From an uncultured Clostridia bacterium (GTDB lineage Bacteria > Bacillota > Clostridia > Oscillospirales > Oscillospiraceae): a stretch of DNA of 60,812 nt. A program made the position numbers and the translations under genes. The DNA lies in contig CAMUYE010000001.1 of NCBI GenBank assembly GCA_947164825.1, forward strand, positions 1 through 60,812. Direction: 5' to 3'. A model generated the notes under the pieces. It did not search any database, was not told where the DNA came from, and saw nothing but the letters and a program-made list of their open reading frames with translations. Below, piece by piece: positions 15,958 through 26,149 of this stretch. Positions within the stretch are counted from its first letter, which is position 1. Every line of letters begins with the position of its first letter.

Positions 15958-17220
15958 TCAACGGACGGTTTGTTCCGTATACGTCCCGTCCGACATCGTC
16001 AGCTCGGCGGGAAGCTCCGTGTGATAGAGGGTATTTCCCTCGCACCAGATGGCGGCGATCTCCGTCTCCGGAAGCGCGGCAACGGCGGCCGCATCCCAGG
16101 TCTCCGCTGTGAGCGCGGGCAGGGCGGAAAGGGCCAGCTCTCCGCAGGAGGCCGTCGGAGAGAGGAGGGTCAGGTCCCAAATCACAGCCCGGCTTTCGCC
16201 GGTGACGGGATTGAGATAGGGTGTCACCATCCTGCCGTTGCGATACGTATAGAAGTAGTCGATCAGCCTGTCGGACTGGTCGCCGGGCTGGAGGTCGGGG
16301 CCGCTGTAGCTGTGGAGGCAGGCCAGACTCATGGGGCCCCGGATCTGCAGGCTGGCGGGCAGCCTGATCCCGTCGGCTTCCAGCGCCTGGATCCGCAGGG
16401 TGTATTCGTCCTCGGCGGAGTCCAAATAGCGGCAGAAGCCCTCCCGGCTGGCCAGATAGCCCCGCCGGAAGCCCTGCTCCCCCAGTTTGGCTGCAATATC
16501 GTCCAGGACAAAGGCATTTTTCAGCCAATAAAAGTCCAGGAAGGCGTCGATCCCGTTTTCGGTAGCATAGCGCAGATAGTCCTCCCGGACCTTGAGCCGC
16601 ACCCGGTTCTCCCCCAGCAGATCCAGGGAGATAGCCTCAGGATCGGAGACGAAGCCCATGACCTCGGCCACATAGGCCGCAGCCTCCTCGCTGTAAGCCG
16701 GATCGTAGGCGGCCGCCTCGTCGTCGCTGAGGCTGCGGAACACGGCGTCGTACTGGGCGCAGACCGGAGCCAGGAAGAGGACGCGGCTGCCCTTGGCCTG
16801 CAGCAGCTCAAAGGCCCGGTAGAGTTCCGGCTCCACCGTACGTTCCTGATTCGGCGCGGCGTTGACGGACTGGAGGTTCCCCAGCCCGGTAAAGGCTTCC
16901 GTCGGATGGTAGACCTGCCAGGCCCGGAGGCTGGTTTCGGTGTAAAGCTTCGTCAGCAGCTTATACTCCATCGTGGCGTTGCTGCTCAGGCAGTACTCAA
17001 AATCCAGGTCCGCGCTGGCCTGAGCCGGGGAGCTGCTGTCTGCCTCGATCCGGGTCCAGCCGGACTCCCGGGTGAGAAGGCCCTTTACCCCGAAGTAGAC
17101 GCCTGCCAAGGCGATGCCAATGAACAGAACCATCAAAACGACCCGGAGCGCGATATTCTTCCCGGACAATTCGATGTTCTTCCGCGGCTTCAGCGCCCTG
17201 GCGTCCTTTTTCCCGAACAT
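15958..17220 (-). CDS. membrane-anchored extracytoplasmic protein, possibly a divergent ApbE (FMN transferase)-like fold
   Basis: N-terminal TM (IALRVVLMVLFIGIALAGVYFGV). The C-terminal segment YLNPVTGESRAVIWDLTLLSPTASCGELALSALPAL loosely resembles the ApbE pattern IDPxTGxP...ADALSTA. RBS GGAGGAAG. Confidence 0.4.
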   Translation of the reverse strand: MFGKKDARALKPRKNIELSGKNIALRVVLMVLFIGIALAGVYFGVKGLLTRESGWTRIEADSSSPAQASADLDFEYCLSSNATMEYKLLTKLYTETSLRAWQVYHPTEAFTGLGNLQSVNAAPNQERTVEPELYRAFELLQAKGSRVLFLAPVCAQYDAVFRSLSDDEAAAYDPAYSEEAAAYVAEVMGFVSDPEAISLDLLGENRVRLKVREDYLRYATENGIDAFLDFYWLKNAFVLDDIAAKLGEQGFRRGYLASREGFCRYLDSAEDEYTLRIQALEADGIRLPASLQIRGPMSLACLHSYSGPDLQPGDQSDRLIDYFYTYRNGRMVTPYLNPVTGESRAVIWDLTLLSPTASCGELALSALPALTAETWDAAAVAALPETEIAAIWCEGNTLYHTELPAELTMSDGTYTEQTVR

Positions 17221-17282
17221 GGATCTTCCTCCTATCCTGCATTAGGGTTTGTGCGTTACGATCGCAGGCTTGCGGATCTGCG

Positions 17283-17320
17283 AAAAGCCGCTCTGCCGGC
17301 GCGCCGGCAGAGCGGCTTTT
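17283..17320. terminator. bidirectional intrinsic terminator ending Opp-like operon 1
   Basis: AAAAGCCGCTCTGCCGGC-GC-GCCGGCAGAGCGGCTTTT, a perfect 14-bp GC-rich stem flanked by an A-run and a T-run. Confidence 0.85.
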
Positions 17321-17350
17321 GGATTTGCTTTGCCGCGTCGGATGACGTGG

Positions 17351-18676
17351 TTAGATAGCTGCGATCACCAGCAGGATCGCCAGGATCAAAATCAAGACAC
17401 CAATGACGATCAAGCCTGCGATGGCGCCCTTCTTGAGCATCTTGTAGGTCCGAAGGTAGTTTGCCTTCTTGAGGATGACGCCCACAAGCAGGGCCAGGAT
17501 CGGCAGCAGGAAGCCCAGGATGGCAAACAGCTTGCTGCCGGAGTCGTGGATCGGCGTGTCGAGGATGTAGTTGCTGCCGGACAGGTCGGCTTCCTTGTTC
17601 CGCTGCTCTTCCTCGTAGGCCGCCATCTCCTCGTCGTTGAGGATGGTGATGGACTTCATGCGGATGCCCGCTTCGCGGGTCCGCTTGTATTCCTCGATCT
17701 CCTTCTTGCTGCCCCGGACGAAGTGGTTGTGGCCGATGTCCACAAGCTCCGGCTGCTCCTCGCCGTAATTGTGCATGGAGGGGTCGTAGGTGAAGAGGAC
17801 CTTGTGCTTCTCCAGCTTGGGGTCGGGGATGGGGATGGCGGAGATCAGAGAATGGGTGTAGGGGTGCAGGGGGTAGTCGAAGAGCTCTTCGGTGTCCGCA
17901 ATCTCCACGATGTCGCCCTTATAGATGACCGCGATGCGGTCGGAGACAAAGCGGACGATGGACAGGTCGTGGGCGATGAAGAGGTAGGTCAGACCGCGTT
18001 CGCGCTGGAACTTCTTCATCAGGTTCAGGACCTGGGCACGGATGGACACGTCCAGGGCGGAGATGGGCTCGTCGGCAATGACAAGCTCCGGCTCCATGAC
18101 CATGGCGCGGGCCAGACCGATACGCTGGCGCTGGCCGCCGGAGAACTCATGGGGGTAACGGGTCAGATGCTCGGGCAGCAGACCGACCTCTTCGATGATG
18201 TTCTCCACCTTCTGGACCCGGTCCGCCTCGTTCTCATAAAGGTGGAAGTTGTACAGGCCCTCGGAGATGATGTAGTCGACGGTGGCGCGCTCGTTCAGAG
18301 AGGCTGCCGGGTCCTGGAAGACCATCTGGATGTTGCGGATGACCTCCCGGTCCAGAGAACGGGGGATCTTGCCGGAGATGCGGACGCCCTTGTAGAGAAT
18401 CTCACCGGCGGCGCAGGGGTTGACGCGGATCACGGCACGGCCGATGGTGGTCTTGCCGGAGCCGGACTCGCCGACCAGGGAGAAGGTCTCGCCCTTGTGG
18501 ATATCAAAGCTGGCGTTCTTGACCGCGCGGACAGCATTTTCGCCCTTGCCGAAGGTGATGTCCACGTTCCGGACCTGGAGAAGGATCTCTCTTCCGTCCT
18601 TGTCGATGGGACCGTGCTCCGGCAGGTGAGACTGGGTCTGCGACGGCTGAGTCTTTTTCACTTCATTCTTTGCCAC
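17351..18676 (-). CDS. Opp/Dpp-type ABC ATPase (OppF-like) with ~110-aa C-terminal extension ending in two TM helices
   Basis: GTG start after AAGGAGGG. Walker A GESGSGKT, signature FSGGQRQR, Walker B LVIADEP. The tail ...[63 protein letters not shown] is strongly hydrophobic. Confidence 0.85.
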   Translation of the reverse strand: MAKNEVKKTQPSQTQSHLPEHGPIDKDGREILLQVRNVDITFGKGENAVRAVKNASFDIHKGETFSLVGESGSGKTTIGRAVIRVNPCAAGEILYKGVRISGKIPRSLDREVIRNIQMVFQDPAASLNERATVDYIISEGLYNFHLYENEADRVQKVENIIEEVGLLPEHLTRYPHEFSGGQRQRIGLARAMVMEPELVIADEPISALDVSIRAQVLNLMKKFQRERGLTYLFIAHDLSIVRFVSDRIAVIYKGDIVEIADTEELFDYPLHPYTHSLISAIPIPDPKLEKHKVLFTYDPSMHNYGEEQPELVDIGHNHFVRGSKKEIEEYKRTREAGIRMKSITILNDEEMAAYEEEQRNKEADLSGSNYILDTPIHDSGSKLFAILGFLLPILALLVGVILKKANYLRTYKMLKKGAIAGLIVIGVLILILAILLVIAAI

Positions 18677-18689
18677 AGTCAGTCCCTCC

Positions 18690-20480
18690 TTAAATGTTGT
18701 GCGCGTGCATCAGCTTTTCGTGGATGTTGTGGATGATCTCCGGCTTCTCGGTCTTCGGCGCTCTGGGGTCAAGAAGCCAAGTCTTGGCGAAGTGGGTCTC
18801 CGTGACCTGGAACATGGGTGGCTCCGCCAGGGTATCGATCTTCATGCAGTACGGGTTGCGGGGCGCGAAGGCGTCGCCGACGATCTTGTTGTAGAGCGAA
18901 GGCGGGGTGCCGGTGATGGAATAGAGCTTCGTATCCCGCTCGGCCAGCTGAGGCAGGGAGGACAGCAGCGCCCAGGTGTAGGGGTGCTGCGGATCGTAGA
19001 AGACCTCTTCCACGTTGCCCAGCTCGATGACCTGGCCGGCATAGAGCACGGCCACGCGGTCGGCCACGTTGGCGACCACGCCCAGGTCGTGGGTGATGAA
19101 GACGATGGTGTAGCTGTACTCCTTCTGCAGATCCTTCAACAGCTTGAGGATCTGGGCCTGGATGGTGACGTCCAGGGCCGTGGTGGGCTCGTCGCAGATC
19201 AGGATCTTGGGCTGGCAGGACAGGGCGATGGCGATAACGATACGCTGCCGCATGCCGCCGGAGTACTGGAAGGGATAGTCGTCAAAGCGCTTGTCGGGGT
19301 TGGGGATACCGACCTTGTGCATCAGCTCCAGGGCACGGTCGCGGGCCTCGGCCTCGGTGCAGTCCTGGTGCTTCAGGATGACGGAGGTGATCTGCTTGCC
19401 GATGGTCAGAACCGGGTTCAGAGAGGTCATGGGGTCCTGGAAGACGGTGGCGATACGGTAGCCGCGGATCTTGGACCACTCCTTGGGGTTCTTGATCTTG
19501 GTCATGTCGATGACGCGGCGGCCATGGAGGACCTCATCGGCGCTTCTCACGTTCAGCTTCTTGAGCTCTTCCTCGGAAACAGGCGTCTCATCCAGATAGC
19601 AGTACAGGGTGATATCGCCGAAGACTCTGGCGCGGGCTTCCTTGGTGCTCAGATCGGCACCCATCATCATGGCCTTCTTGGCGGCCGCTTTGAGCTGGCG
19701 CAGAATCTTCACGCGCTTGAAGGAGCTGTAGCTGCTTGCCGAGAGGTAGAATTCCTTCGCAATGGTCAGGTTGCGTTCGACAGTCTCAGGGCTGATTTCG
19801 CCCGTGATTTGCCCGGCGTGGATCGACTTCAGTTCGGCCATGCGCTGGTTGTAGGCTGTATTATAAGCTGTATCGCTCATGACGGCGGTCTTATGGGCCC
19901 TGAGCGTGGCTTCCTTCTCAGCCTCTTTGCTCTTGATCTGCTTTTCCAGCATATCGATCTGCGCAGTGAGTTCCCGGATCTTGTCCTTCTCGCGCTTGGG
20001 GTCGAGGGTCTGCTTGAGGTTGCCGGCTTCCGTCTTCTGGAAGACCATCTCCTTGATGGCCTCGTCGATGCTGGCCTCTTCCTCTTCGGTCAGGCCGAGT
20101 CTGCGCTCCCGCTCAGACTTCATCTCAACCATTTCGCGGTAGGATTCCGCGCCGAACTCCAGCTTGGAGTACTCGTTCAGCTTGTCCGCGATCCGCTGGA
20201 TCTGGCCCTTGCCGGAGGATTCGAGCCTGACCTTGATATCGGCCAGCTCGTCGTCGTCAAAGACGATGGAGCCTTCGCTGATAAAGCCGTTGGCGTCCAG
20301 CATGCCCGCAAAGGTCTTGGTGAAGACGGATTTACCGGAGCCGGACTCGCCCACGATGGCGATGGACTCGTTCTCGTAGATGTCCAGGGAGATGTTGCGG
20401 ATGGCGGTCAGGATTCTTCCGCGGACGCGGAACTTGACCGACAGGTTCTTGACGGACAGTAATACTTTATTCTCGTTCAT
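18690..20480 (-). CDS. Opp/Dpp-type ABC ATPase (OppD-like) with ~250-aa charged insertion between Walker A and Q-loop
   Basis: Walker A GESGSGKS at aa 44-51 and Q-loop VFQDP at aa ~347. In ordinary OppD as I recall it, the gap is roughly 45-50 residues. Signature YSGGMRQR, Walker B ILICDEP. Confidence 0.85.
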   Translation of the reverse strand: MNENKVLLSVKNLSVKFRVRGRILTAIRNISLDIYENESIAIVGESGSGKSVFTKTFAGMLDANGFISEGSIVFDDDELADIKVRLESSGKGQIQRIADKLNEYSKLEFGAESYREMVEMKSERERRLGLTEEEEASIDEAIKEMVFQKTEAGNLKQTLDPKREKDKIRELTAQIDMLEKQIKSKEAEKEATLRAHKTAVMSDTAYNTAYNQRMAELKSIHAGQITGEISPETVERNLTIAKEFYLSASSYSSFKRVKILRQLKAAAKKAMMMGADLSTKEARARVFGDITLYCYLDETPVSEEELKKLNVRSADEVLHGRRVIDMTKIKNPKEWSKIRGYRIATVFQDPMTSLNPVLTIGKQITSVILKHQDCTEAEARDRALELMHKVGIPNPDKRFDDYPFQYSGGMRQRIVIAIALSCQPKILICDEPTTALDVTIQAQILKLLKDLQKEYSYTIVFITHDLGVVANVADRVAVLYAGQVIELGNVEEVFYDPQHPYTWALLSSLPQLAERDTKLYSITGTPPSLYNKIVGDAFAPRNPYCMKIDTLAEPPMFQVTETHFAKTWLLDPRAPKTEKPEIIHNIHEKLMHAHNI

Positions 20481-20492
20481 ATCGCTGCCCTC

Positions 20493-21479
20493 CTACATAT
20501 GGGTTCTGGGGTCGGAGGCGTCGCCGAGGTTCTGACCGGCCACATAGAGGCTGATGGTCAGGACGGCGGTGACAAGCACCGGGCTCCAGAATTCGAAGCC
20601 CCAGCCGGGGGTCAGCATGGCGGACTGCGCCGCGCCGATCAGACGGCCCAGGGACATGTCGGAAATACCCATGCCGATGAAGGCCAGGAAGGTCTCGTAG
20701 GAAATGTAGGACGGGATCTCGGTGGCCAGCATGGTCACGATGACGGAGGTCATGAAGGGCAGGATGTTCTTGGTGGCGATCCGCGTGATGGGAGTGCCCA
20801 GGCAGCGGGAGGCCAGGTTGTACTCGCGGTCACGGATGATGATGACCTGGGTACGGATGAAATAGGCGATGGCCATCCAGCCTGTGACCGTCAGGGCGAA
20901 GACCATGGTCCAGAAGCTGGGGCTGATGACCAGGACCAGCACGGCGATCAGCAGGGTGTAGGGGACGTTGGCGACGATGTTGTAGACCTCGGTCATGAAG
21001 ATATCGAACTTCTTGCTGAAGCCCCAGACGGCGCCCAGCAGCACGCCGATGGTCATGTTGATGGCGGCGCAGATCAGAGCCAGGGACAGGGAGATCCGTG
21101 CGCCGAACCAGACGGCGTCAAAGGTGGGCTGGCCGGAGGCGCCGGCGCCGAAGATCCAGTGGATGCTGGCGCCGAACTTCTCGAAGGCCTGGGCCGGGGT
21201 CAGGTGCTTGGCCGTGGAGTCCATCAGGTTCGCAAAGGGATCGTAGTCCACCAGGGCGGGATAGACGTAGGTAAACAGCAGCAAAAGCGCCAGGATACCG
21301 AGGATGACAAGGTTGATCTTCTTGCGGAAGAAGACGCGGAACACCGATCTCCAGTAGGAGTAGCGGGGCGCGGTGATCTTCTCAGATTCCAGCGCACTGT
21401 GATCCACGTGGGCGAAGAGCTCCTCGTCGGTGTAGCCCTCGATGGTAAAGAGTTCGTTCTTTTGTTCCACGTCTGTCAC
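20493..21479 (-). CDS. Opp/Dpp-type ABC permease (OppC-like)
   Basis: GTG start overlapping the upstream stop (GTGA). 328 aa, 6 TM, EAA-loop region DREYNLASRCLGTPITRIATKNILPF. Confidence 0.85.
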   Translation of the reverse strand: MTDVEQKNELFTIEGYTDEELFAHVDHSALESEKITAPRYSYWRSVFRVFFRKKINLVILGILALLLLFTYVYPALVDYDPFANLMDSTAKHLTPAQAFEKFGASIHWIFGAGASGQPTFDAVWFGARISLSLALICAAINMTIGVLLGAVWGFSKKFDIFMTEVYNIVANVPYTLLIAVLVLVISPSFWTMVFALTVTGWMAIAYFIRTQVIIIRDREYNLASRCLGTPITRIATKNILPFMTSVIVTMLATEIPSYISYETFLAFIGMGISDMSLGRLIGAAQSAMLTPGWGFEFWSPVLVTAVLTISLYVAGQNLGDASDPRTHM

Positions 21480-23059
21480 CTCGCTTTCGCCGTGAAGTTG
21501 ATTCTGGGATCCACCAGGGACATGAGCACGTCGCCCAGGATCAGAGAAACGACAGAGATCGTGGCATAGAACAGGGTAACGCCCACAATGACGCCGTTAT
21601 CGTACTGGTTGATGGCGTTGATCAGCAGGCCGCCGATACCGGGGACGGTATAGACTTTTTCTGTGATGAACGCGCCGGCCATGGCGCCCAGGATCGCGCC
21701 GGGGATGCCGTGTACGATGGGGATCATGGCGTTTTTGAAGATGTGCTTGCGGAAGATCTCATTCTCGGACAGACCGCCGGACCGGGCGAACTTGACGTAG
21801 TCGGAGTTCATCTGGTCGATCATGTAGCGGCGCAGCCAGCGCATGAGACTGGCGACCCAGGGAAGGGCCAGGGAGACGATGGGCAGGACCCAGTAGGAGA
21901 TGTTGCTGTTTGCTTCGGTCATCTGGAAGGTCGTCTTCAGACCCAGGGCCGCGCCGGCGGCCTTGAACATCAGGATGTAGCCGACGCCGGGAACGGCGGT
22001 GATGAAGACGATGTAGGCCGTGCCGATCTTATCGATCAGCTTGTCCTTCTTCAGAGCCATCCACAGACCGATGGGCAGGCCGATCAGATAGGCCAGGACG
22101 GTGGAGATGATGGCGATGACGAAGGAGTAGCCGATCCGGGAGAAGCTGTCCTTGACCGTCTGGGTGCTGGTATAGTTGTCGGTAAAGCGATCCTGTAGGA
22201 CAGGGTTGCCCTCCAGGGAGCCCGCCACGTAGACCGCGGTGTGCAGGTCGTCGGCGGAATTTTCCACAAGGCCGGTGGGATAGGTGATCACGGACTGGAC
22301 CCAGTTGCCCTGGGTGGTGGTCATGATCTCGTAAACGTCCTGGTCCTTGTTGTTGCCGGAGTAGGATTTGCCGAGGTTCAGGAATAGCAGATTCTGGTGA
22401 ATGAAGGGAAACTTGTTGGTGCAGTAGAGCAGATACTTATGGGTGGTACCGTTGCCCATGACGGCCGGAGAGAACTTCTCGCCGCCGTAGGCCGGATCCT
22501 TCCAGGTAAAGCTGAGCTTGCGCTCGCCATCAAATTCCGGATCCTCCACGTTGTGGATGTTATCCACCTGGATCAGCCCGGAGAAGTAGGTCCACAGACG
22601 CAGGAGCAGAGAGCGGTCGCGGTAGGCAAAGAGCTGCTGCGCACCGCCGGGGGCCAGCTTTTTGCGGTTGGTCACGGCGTTCAGACGCTGGACCGTATAG
22701 CCGTTTTCAGCACAGTAGGCCTCGAACTTGGCGATGTACTCGGTGACGATCTCGGAGTCATTTTCCGGCTTGCGGCCGAAGCTGGCAGCGGCGCGCCGGG
22801 TCTCCTCGTCGATCTCGCCCTTGTTGCAGAGGTCCTGAAGCCAATCGGTATAGGGCACATAGTCGATATAGCCGTAGTTTTTCCAGTTGCGGTATTTGTA
22901 AATAACCTGCTGATTGTTCGATACCTTGGTGTACATGGGATCCTGTGCGAAGATCATATCCCGGTTGAGCAGGGAGTAGATCAGGATCATAACGATGGCC
23001 ACCACGATGACAATCGAGACCAGGCTACGCAGGATTCGCTTTATCAGATATTGTTTCAT
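21476..23059 (-). CDS. Opp/Dpp-type ABC permease (OppB-like) with ~270-aa extracytoplasmic insertion after TM1
   Basis: MKQYLIKRILRSLVSIVIVVAIVMILIYSLL, then a long soluble segment, then the permease core ...SDYVKFARSGGLSENEIFRKHIFKNAMIPIV. The start was moved from TTG 23065 to ATG 23059. Confidence 0.8.
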   Translation of the reverse strand: MKQYLIKRILRSLVSIVIVVAIVMILIYSLLNRDMIFAQDPMYTKVSNNQQVIYKYRNWKNYGYIDYVPYTDWLQDLCNKGEIDEETRRAAASFGRKPENDSEIVTEYIAKFEAYCAENGYTVQRLNAVTNRKKLAPGGAQQLFAYRDRSLLLRLWTYFSGLIQVDNIHNVEDPEFDGERKLSFTWKDPAYGGEKFSPAVMGNGTTHKYLLYCTNKFPFIHQNLLFLNLGKSYSGNNKDQDVYEIMTTTQGNWVQSVITYPTGLVENSADDLHTAVYVAGSLEGNPVLQDRFTDNYTSTQTVKDSFSRIGYSFVIAIISTVLAYLIGLPIGLWMALKKDKLIDKIGTAYIVFITAVPGVGYILMFKAAGAALGLKTTFQMTEANSNISYWVLPIVSLALPWVASLMRWLRRYMIDQMNSDYVKFARSGGLSENEIFRKHIFKNAMIPIVHGIPGAILGAMAGAFITEKVYTVPGIGGLLINAINQYDNGVIVGVTLFYATISVVSLILGDVLMSLVDPRINFTAKAR

Positions 23060-23283
23060 AATCAATCACTCAGCCTATCAGATTGATTGTCACAGGCCCT
23101 GCACTGCAGGATGCCTGTGACGAACGGGGGAAGCCGGACCCGGAAGGGCGCACAGCGCTTCCGGCTCCGGCTTCCGGTCCGGCGAACTACCCGTGTTTCG
23201 CGTCGGGGAGAATGAGTTTATGCCCATTCTCCCCTTCGCTGTTACTTATTCAAAGGAGTTGCGGATTTCCGGTTTCCCGGGGA

Positions 23284-25566
23284 TTAATACATACCGCAGG
23301 ACTTGACCATGCCGCCGGGGGCGGGAGTCATGGTAGCCAGGTAGGTCTGAGGATCGCCGTAGTCGGGGCCCCAGCCGGAGACGTCCATGAGGTCGGCGTT
23401 CATCTGATAGCCGAAGTCAGGATAGTAACCAGCGTACAGCCAGCCGGCGGTGTCGACGCAGTCCAGCAGACGGACCTCGACGAAGTTGTCGAGGGTGGTC
23501 TCGAAGCTCTGCTTGAAGACGTTGGCGCGGTTGGTGCGGACCTCGCTGTTGCCGGCGTAGGGGATCTCCATGACGATGGGATCTTCCTTGGTGATGATAA
23601 CGCCGACCTTGGCGAGCTCTTCGATGGCGATCGCCAGCTCAGCCTTGGCGTACTCGGGGTTGTACCAGCCGTCGTAGCCGTCGCCGGAGCCGATGCCGCC
23701 GTCAGCCTCGGGATCCCAAACCTTGAAGGCAACGCCGTCAGCGTCCAGCTGAGCCTGCACGATCTCGCCGTAGTTGGTGCCGGCGGGGAAGGTCATGTTG
23801 GTGCCGTTGATCTCGACGGTGTACTCCTCGGGCAGGGAGACGAAGTTGCCGGGGACGTAGGAGTTACGCAGGTTGTTATACTTGAGGTCTTCGCCCACGG
23901 ACTGCGCGTTGTAGGAGCCGCGGTCGAGGGAGGCGGCCATGGCGCGGCGGAAGTGGACGTTCTGCATAGCCAGGTTGTAGCGCTCGGCGTCGTACATGGT
24001 CTTGGTGGACACGCCGACGGAAGCGTCGTTGAAGTTGGCGTAGGCCTTACGGTTGATGTTGAAGAAGGCCATGTAGGAGGTGGCGTCGGTGTCGGAAATG
24101 TAGGCGTACTTGTCGAACAGGCCGTCCTTCTTGGCAGCCTCGGCAGCGGAGGTGTTCAGACCGCAGCCAGCGATGGTGCCGGCCTTCGCATCGTTGTAAG
24201 CCTTCAGATCATCGGAGCCGTCGTTGAACAGCCAGGTGATGGTCTTGATGGTGATGTTGTCCTTGTTCCAGTACTCGGGGTTGGCCTGGAAGACGATGGT
24301 GTTGGACTCGGTGGCGTTGGTGACCAGGTAGGGACCGCAGTAAGCGATGTGGTCGGGATCCTTGCCGTAAAGGTAGCCGGGATCCTCGGCGTCGTACTCA
24401 GCGCCGAACTTGCCGCCCTGGGAGGTGTAGTAGGAACGGCACATGGGGGCGAAGATGTTGTAGCCCAGCATGGAGGTGAAGAAGGGGACGTTCTCCTCCA
24501 GGGTGTACTCCAGGGTGTACTCGTCAAGGGCCTTGACGCCGACCTCGGCGAAATCGGTGATCTCGCCGTCGATATACTTCTGGGCATTCAGGATCTTGGC
24601 GCCGTCGTCGGCAGCCAGAGTCTCGAGGCCGCCCTGGGCGTCGAGCAGGTGCTGCAGAGCGGCGACGAAGTCGTCGGCGGTCAGGTCAGCAACCTTACGG
24701 CCCTGGGAGTCGGTCCACACGACACCCTGACGGATCTTGAAGGTGTAGACAGTGCCGTCCTCGTTGACGGTGTAGGACTCGGCAATGGCGGGCTGCTGCA
24801 CGTTCTCCAGATCGTACTCCAGCAGGCCGTCGTAGGTGTTGACAATGGCCTCGGAGTCAGCGGAACGGTAGGTGTTCAGGGGGTCCCAGGTCTGGGGGTC
24901 AGAGGTGTAGCCCAGGGTGTAGGTATCCTGGATCTCGTAGCCCTTGCTGACCACGAACTCGCGGACCCAGGCTTCGAAGGTGCCGGTGCCCTTGAGCTCG
25001 GCCCACTTGGCCTTGATCTCGTCGCGGAGCTCGGGGGTCAGGAAGTCGTTCAGGACGACCACGTTGTGGAAGCGGTCGCTGTCGTTGCCCCAGAGGGTGG
25101 TGTTGGCGGTCTTGGGAACCACGCGGGTGATGGCGTAGTTACCGCCCTTGGTGGTGGTGGGGATCATGATGGCGGAGCCCAGCAGCTTGGCCTCGGCAAT
25201 GGCCTGCAGAGCGTAACGCTCGGCCATGCTGGTGGCCTCGAAGGACTTCATGTAGTACTCGTAGTACTCGCCGAGGGTCTCGTCGTACAGCTTGTCGGAC
25301 TCATCGTACCAGCCCTCGGGGCTGTACTCAAAGGCCTCAACAGCCAGACGGGGGTCATCCTCGATGGGAGGCAGGGTCTCTTCGGGCTCAGTGGTCTCGG
25401 GAGGCTGCTCGTCAGTGTTGACGGGCGTAGTGTCCGTCTTGGTGTCCGGGGGGGTGGTGTCCTTGCCGCCGGTAGTCGTGGTGGGGTTCTCCTGGCAGCC
25501 GACGAAGAGCGCGGCGACCATGACGACCACGAGCAGGAGCGCAAGAAGCTTCTTGATGTTCTTCAT
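23284..25566 (-). CDS. family-5 (OppA/DppA-like) substrate-binding lipoprotein, 760 aa
   Basis: Lipobox LFVGC and a Thr/Pro/Glu-rich linker. The SBP_bac_5-like core is much longer than the ~500-600 aa I recall as usual. RBS AAGGAGGAA. Confidence 0.85.
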   Translation of the reverse strand: MKNIKKLLALLLVVVMVAALFVGCQENPTTTTGGKDTTPPDTKTDTTPVNTDEQPPETTEPEETLPPIEDDPRLAVEAFEYSPEGWYDESDKLYDETLGEYYEYYMKSFEATSMAERYALQAIAEAKLLGSAIMIPTTTKGGNYAITRVVPKTANTTLWGNDSDRFHNVVVLNDFLTPELRDEIKAKWAELKGTGTFEAWVREFVVSKGYEIQDTYTLGYTSDPQTWDPLNTYRSADSEAIVNTYDGLLEYDLENVQQPAIAESYTVNEDGTVYTFKIRQGVVWTDSQGRKVADLTADDFVAALQHLLDAQGGLETLAADDGAKILNAQKYIDGEITDFAEVGVKALDEYTLEYTLEENVPFFTSMLGYNIFAPMCRSYYTSQGGKFGAEYDAEDPGYLYGKDPDHIAYCGPYLVTNATESNTIVFQANPEYWNKDNITIKTITWLFNDGSDDLKAYNDAKAGTIAGCGLNTSAAEAAKKDGLFDKYAYISDTDATSYMAFFNINRKAYANFNDASVGVSTKTMYDAERYNLAMQNVHFRRAMAASLDRGSYNAQSVGEDLKYNNLRNSYVPGNFVSLPEEYTVEINGTNMTFPAGTNYGEIVQAQLDADGVAFKVWDPEADGGIGSGDGYDGWYNPEYAKAELAIAIEELAKVGVIITKEDPIVMEIPYAGNSEVRTNRANVFKQSFETTLDNFVEVRLLDCVDTAGWLYAGYYPDFGYQMNADLMDVSGWGPDYGDPQTYLATMTPAPGGMVKSCGMY

Positions 25567-25670
25567 GTGGGTTTTTCCTCCTTAAAATTTTATATTCACA
25601 GACGCGGAAAGCCACGCCGCAAATACCAAAGGGATTGTCATGGAACTCCACATTCCAATAACCATACTGT

Positions 25671-25699
25671 ATCTTACCACATCTTTGCGCATATTTCAA
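25671..25699 (-). promoter_or_regulatory. candidate promoter of Opp-like operon 1
   Basis: Minus strand: TTGAAA (25699-25694), 17-nt spacer ending TGg, TAAGAT (25676-25671), leaving a ~100-nt leader. Confidence 0.5.
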
Positions 25700-25770
25700 T
25701 TCCTATTTGCAATTTTTTTGGATTTCTTGTGCAAAATTTCAAATATTTTTCTGTATATTTTGTAAAAAAC

Positions 25771-25810
25771 AGCAAAAAACTCGCCATTGTCCGCTTGGAC
25801 AATGGCGAGT
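25771..25810 (-). terminator. intrinsic terminator ending Opp-like operon 2
   Basis: Minus strand: ACTCGCCATTGTCC-AAGC-GGACAATGGCGAGT followed by TTTTTTGCTG. Confidence 0.88.
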
Positions 25811-25853
25811 TCCTTCTGTTCGCGTGCTGCCGGTCCCCTGTTTCGGACGGCGC

Positions 25854-26111
25854 TCAGCGGTTGAAGAGGTAGAGCAGGATCAGGATCACGATGGCGAAGA
25901 AGACCGCAAACACGGCCACCACCGATAACGCGGCGGCCAGGGCGCCCCACATATAGGCGCGGCCCTCCTGCTTGTTCATCTGATAGGCGGGACCGGACGG
26001 GCCCTTGTCGGCGTCATGGAGACGGTCGATGTACCAGGGCATGCCGTCCACGTCCATCCTGGCAATGACCTTGCCGTCGTCGCCTTCGGGAAGACGGGAT
26101 TTCTTCTTCAT
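25854..26111 (-). CDS. small single-pass membrane protein (85 aa), last gene of Opp-like operon 2
   Basis: RBS AAGGAGG. MKKKSRLPEGDDGKVIARMDVDGMPWYIDRLHDADKGPSGPAYQMNKQEGRAYMWGALAAALSVVAVFAVFFAIVILILLYLFNR. Confidence 0.6.
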   Translation of the reverse strand: MKKKSRLPEGDDGKVIARMDVDGMPWYIDRLHDADKGPSGPAYQMNKQEGRAYMWGALAAALSVVAVFAVFFAIVILILLYLFNR

Positions 26112-26149
26112 AGTTGTGCCTCCTTACCGCAGGACGGGAAACCCGTCCC

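Noticed and set aside
13678-17358. 1226-aa + strand ORF, and similar ORFs 5608..8646 (+), 23083..25872 (+), 10345..12657 (-), 4038..5408 (+), 59503..60300 (-)
   Set aside because: All are antisense to genes with strong homology signatures (metG, MATE/DUF853, the binding protein, fbp, the permease, CotH-2). None has a recognisable domain or a plausible RBS.
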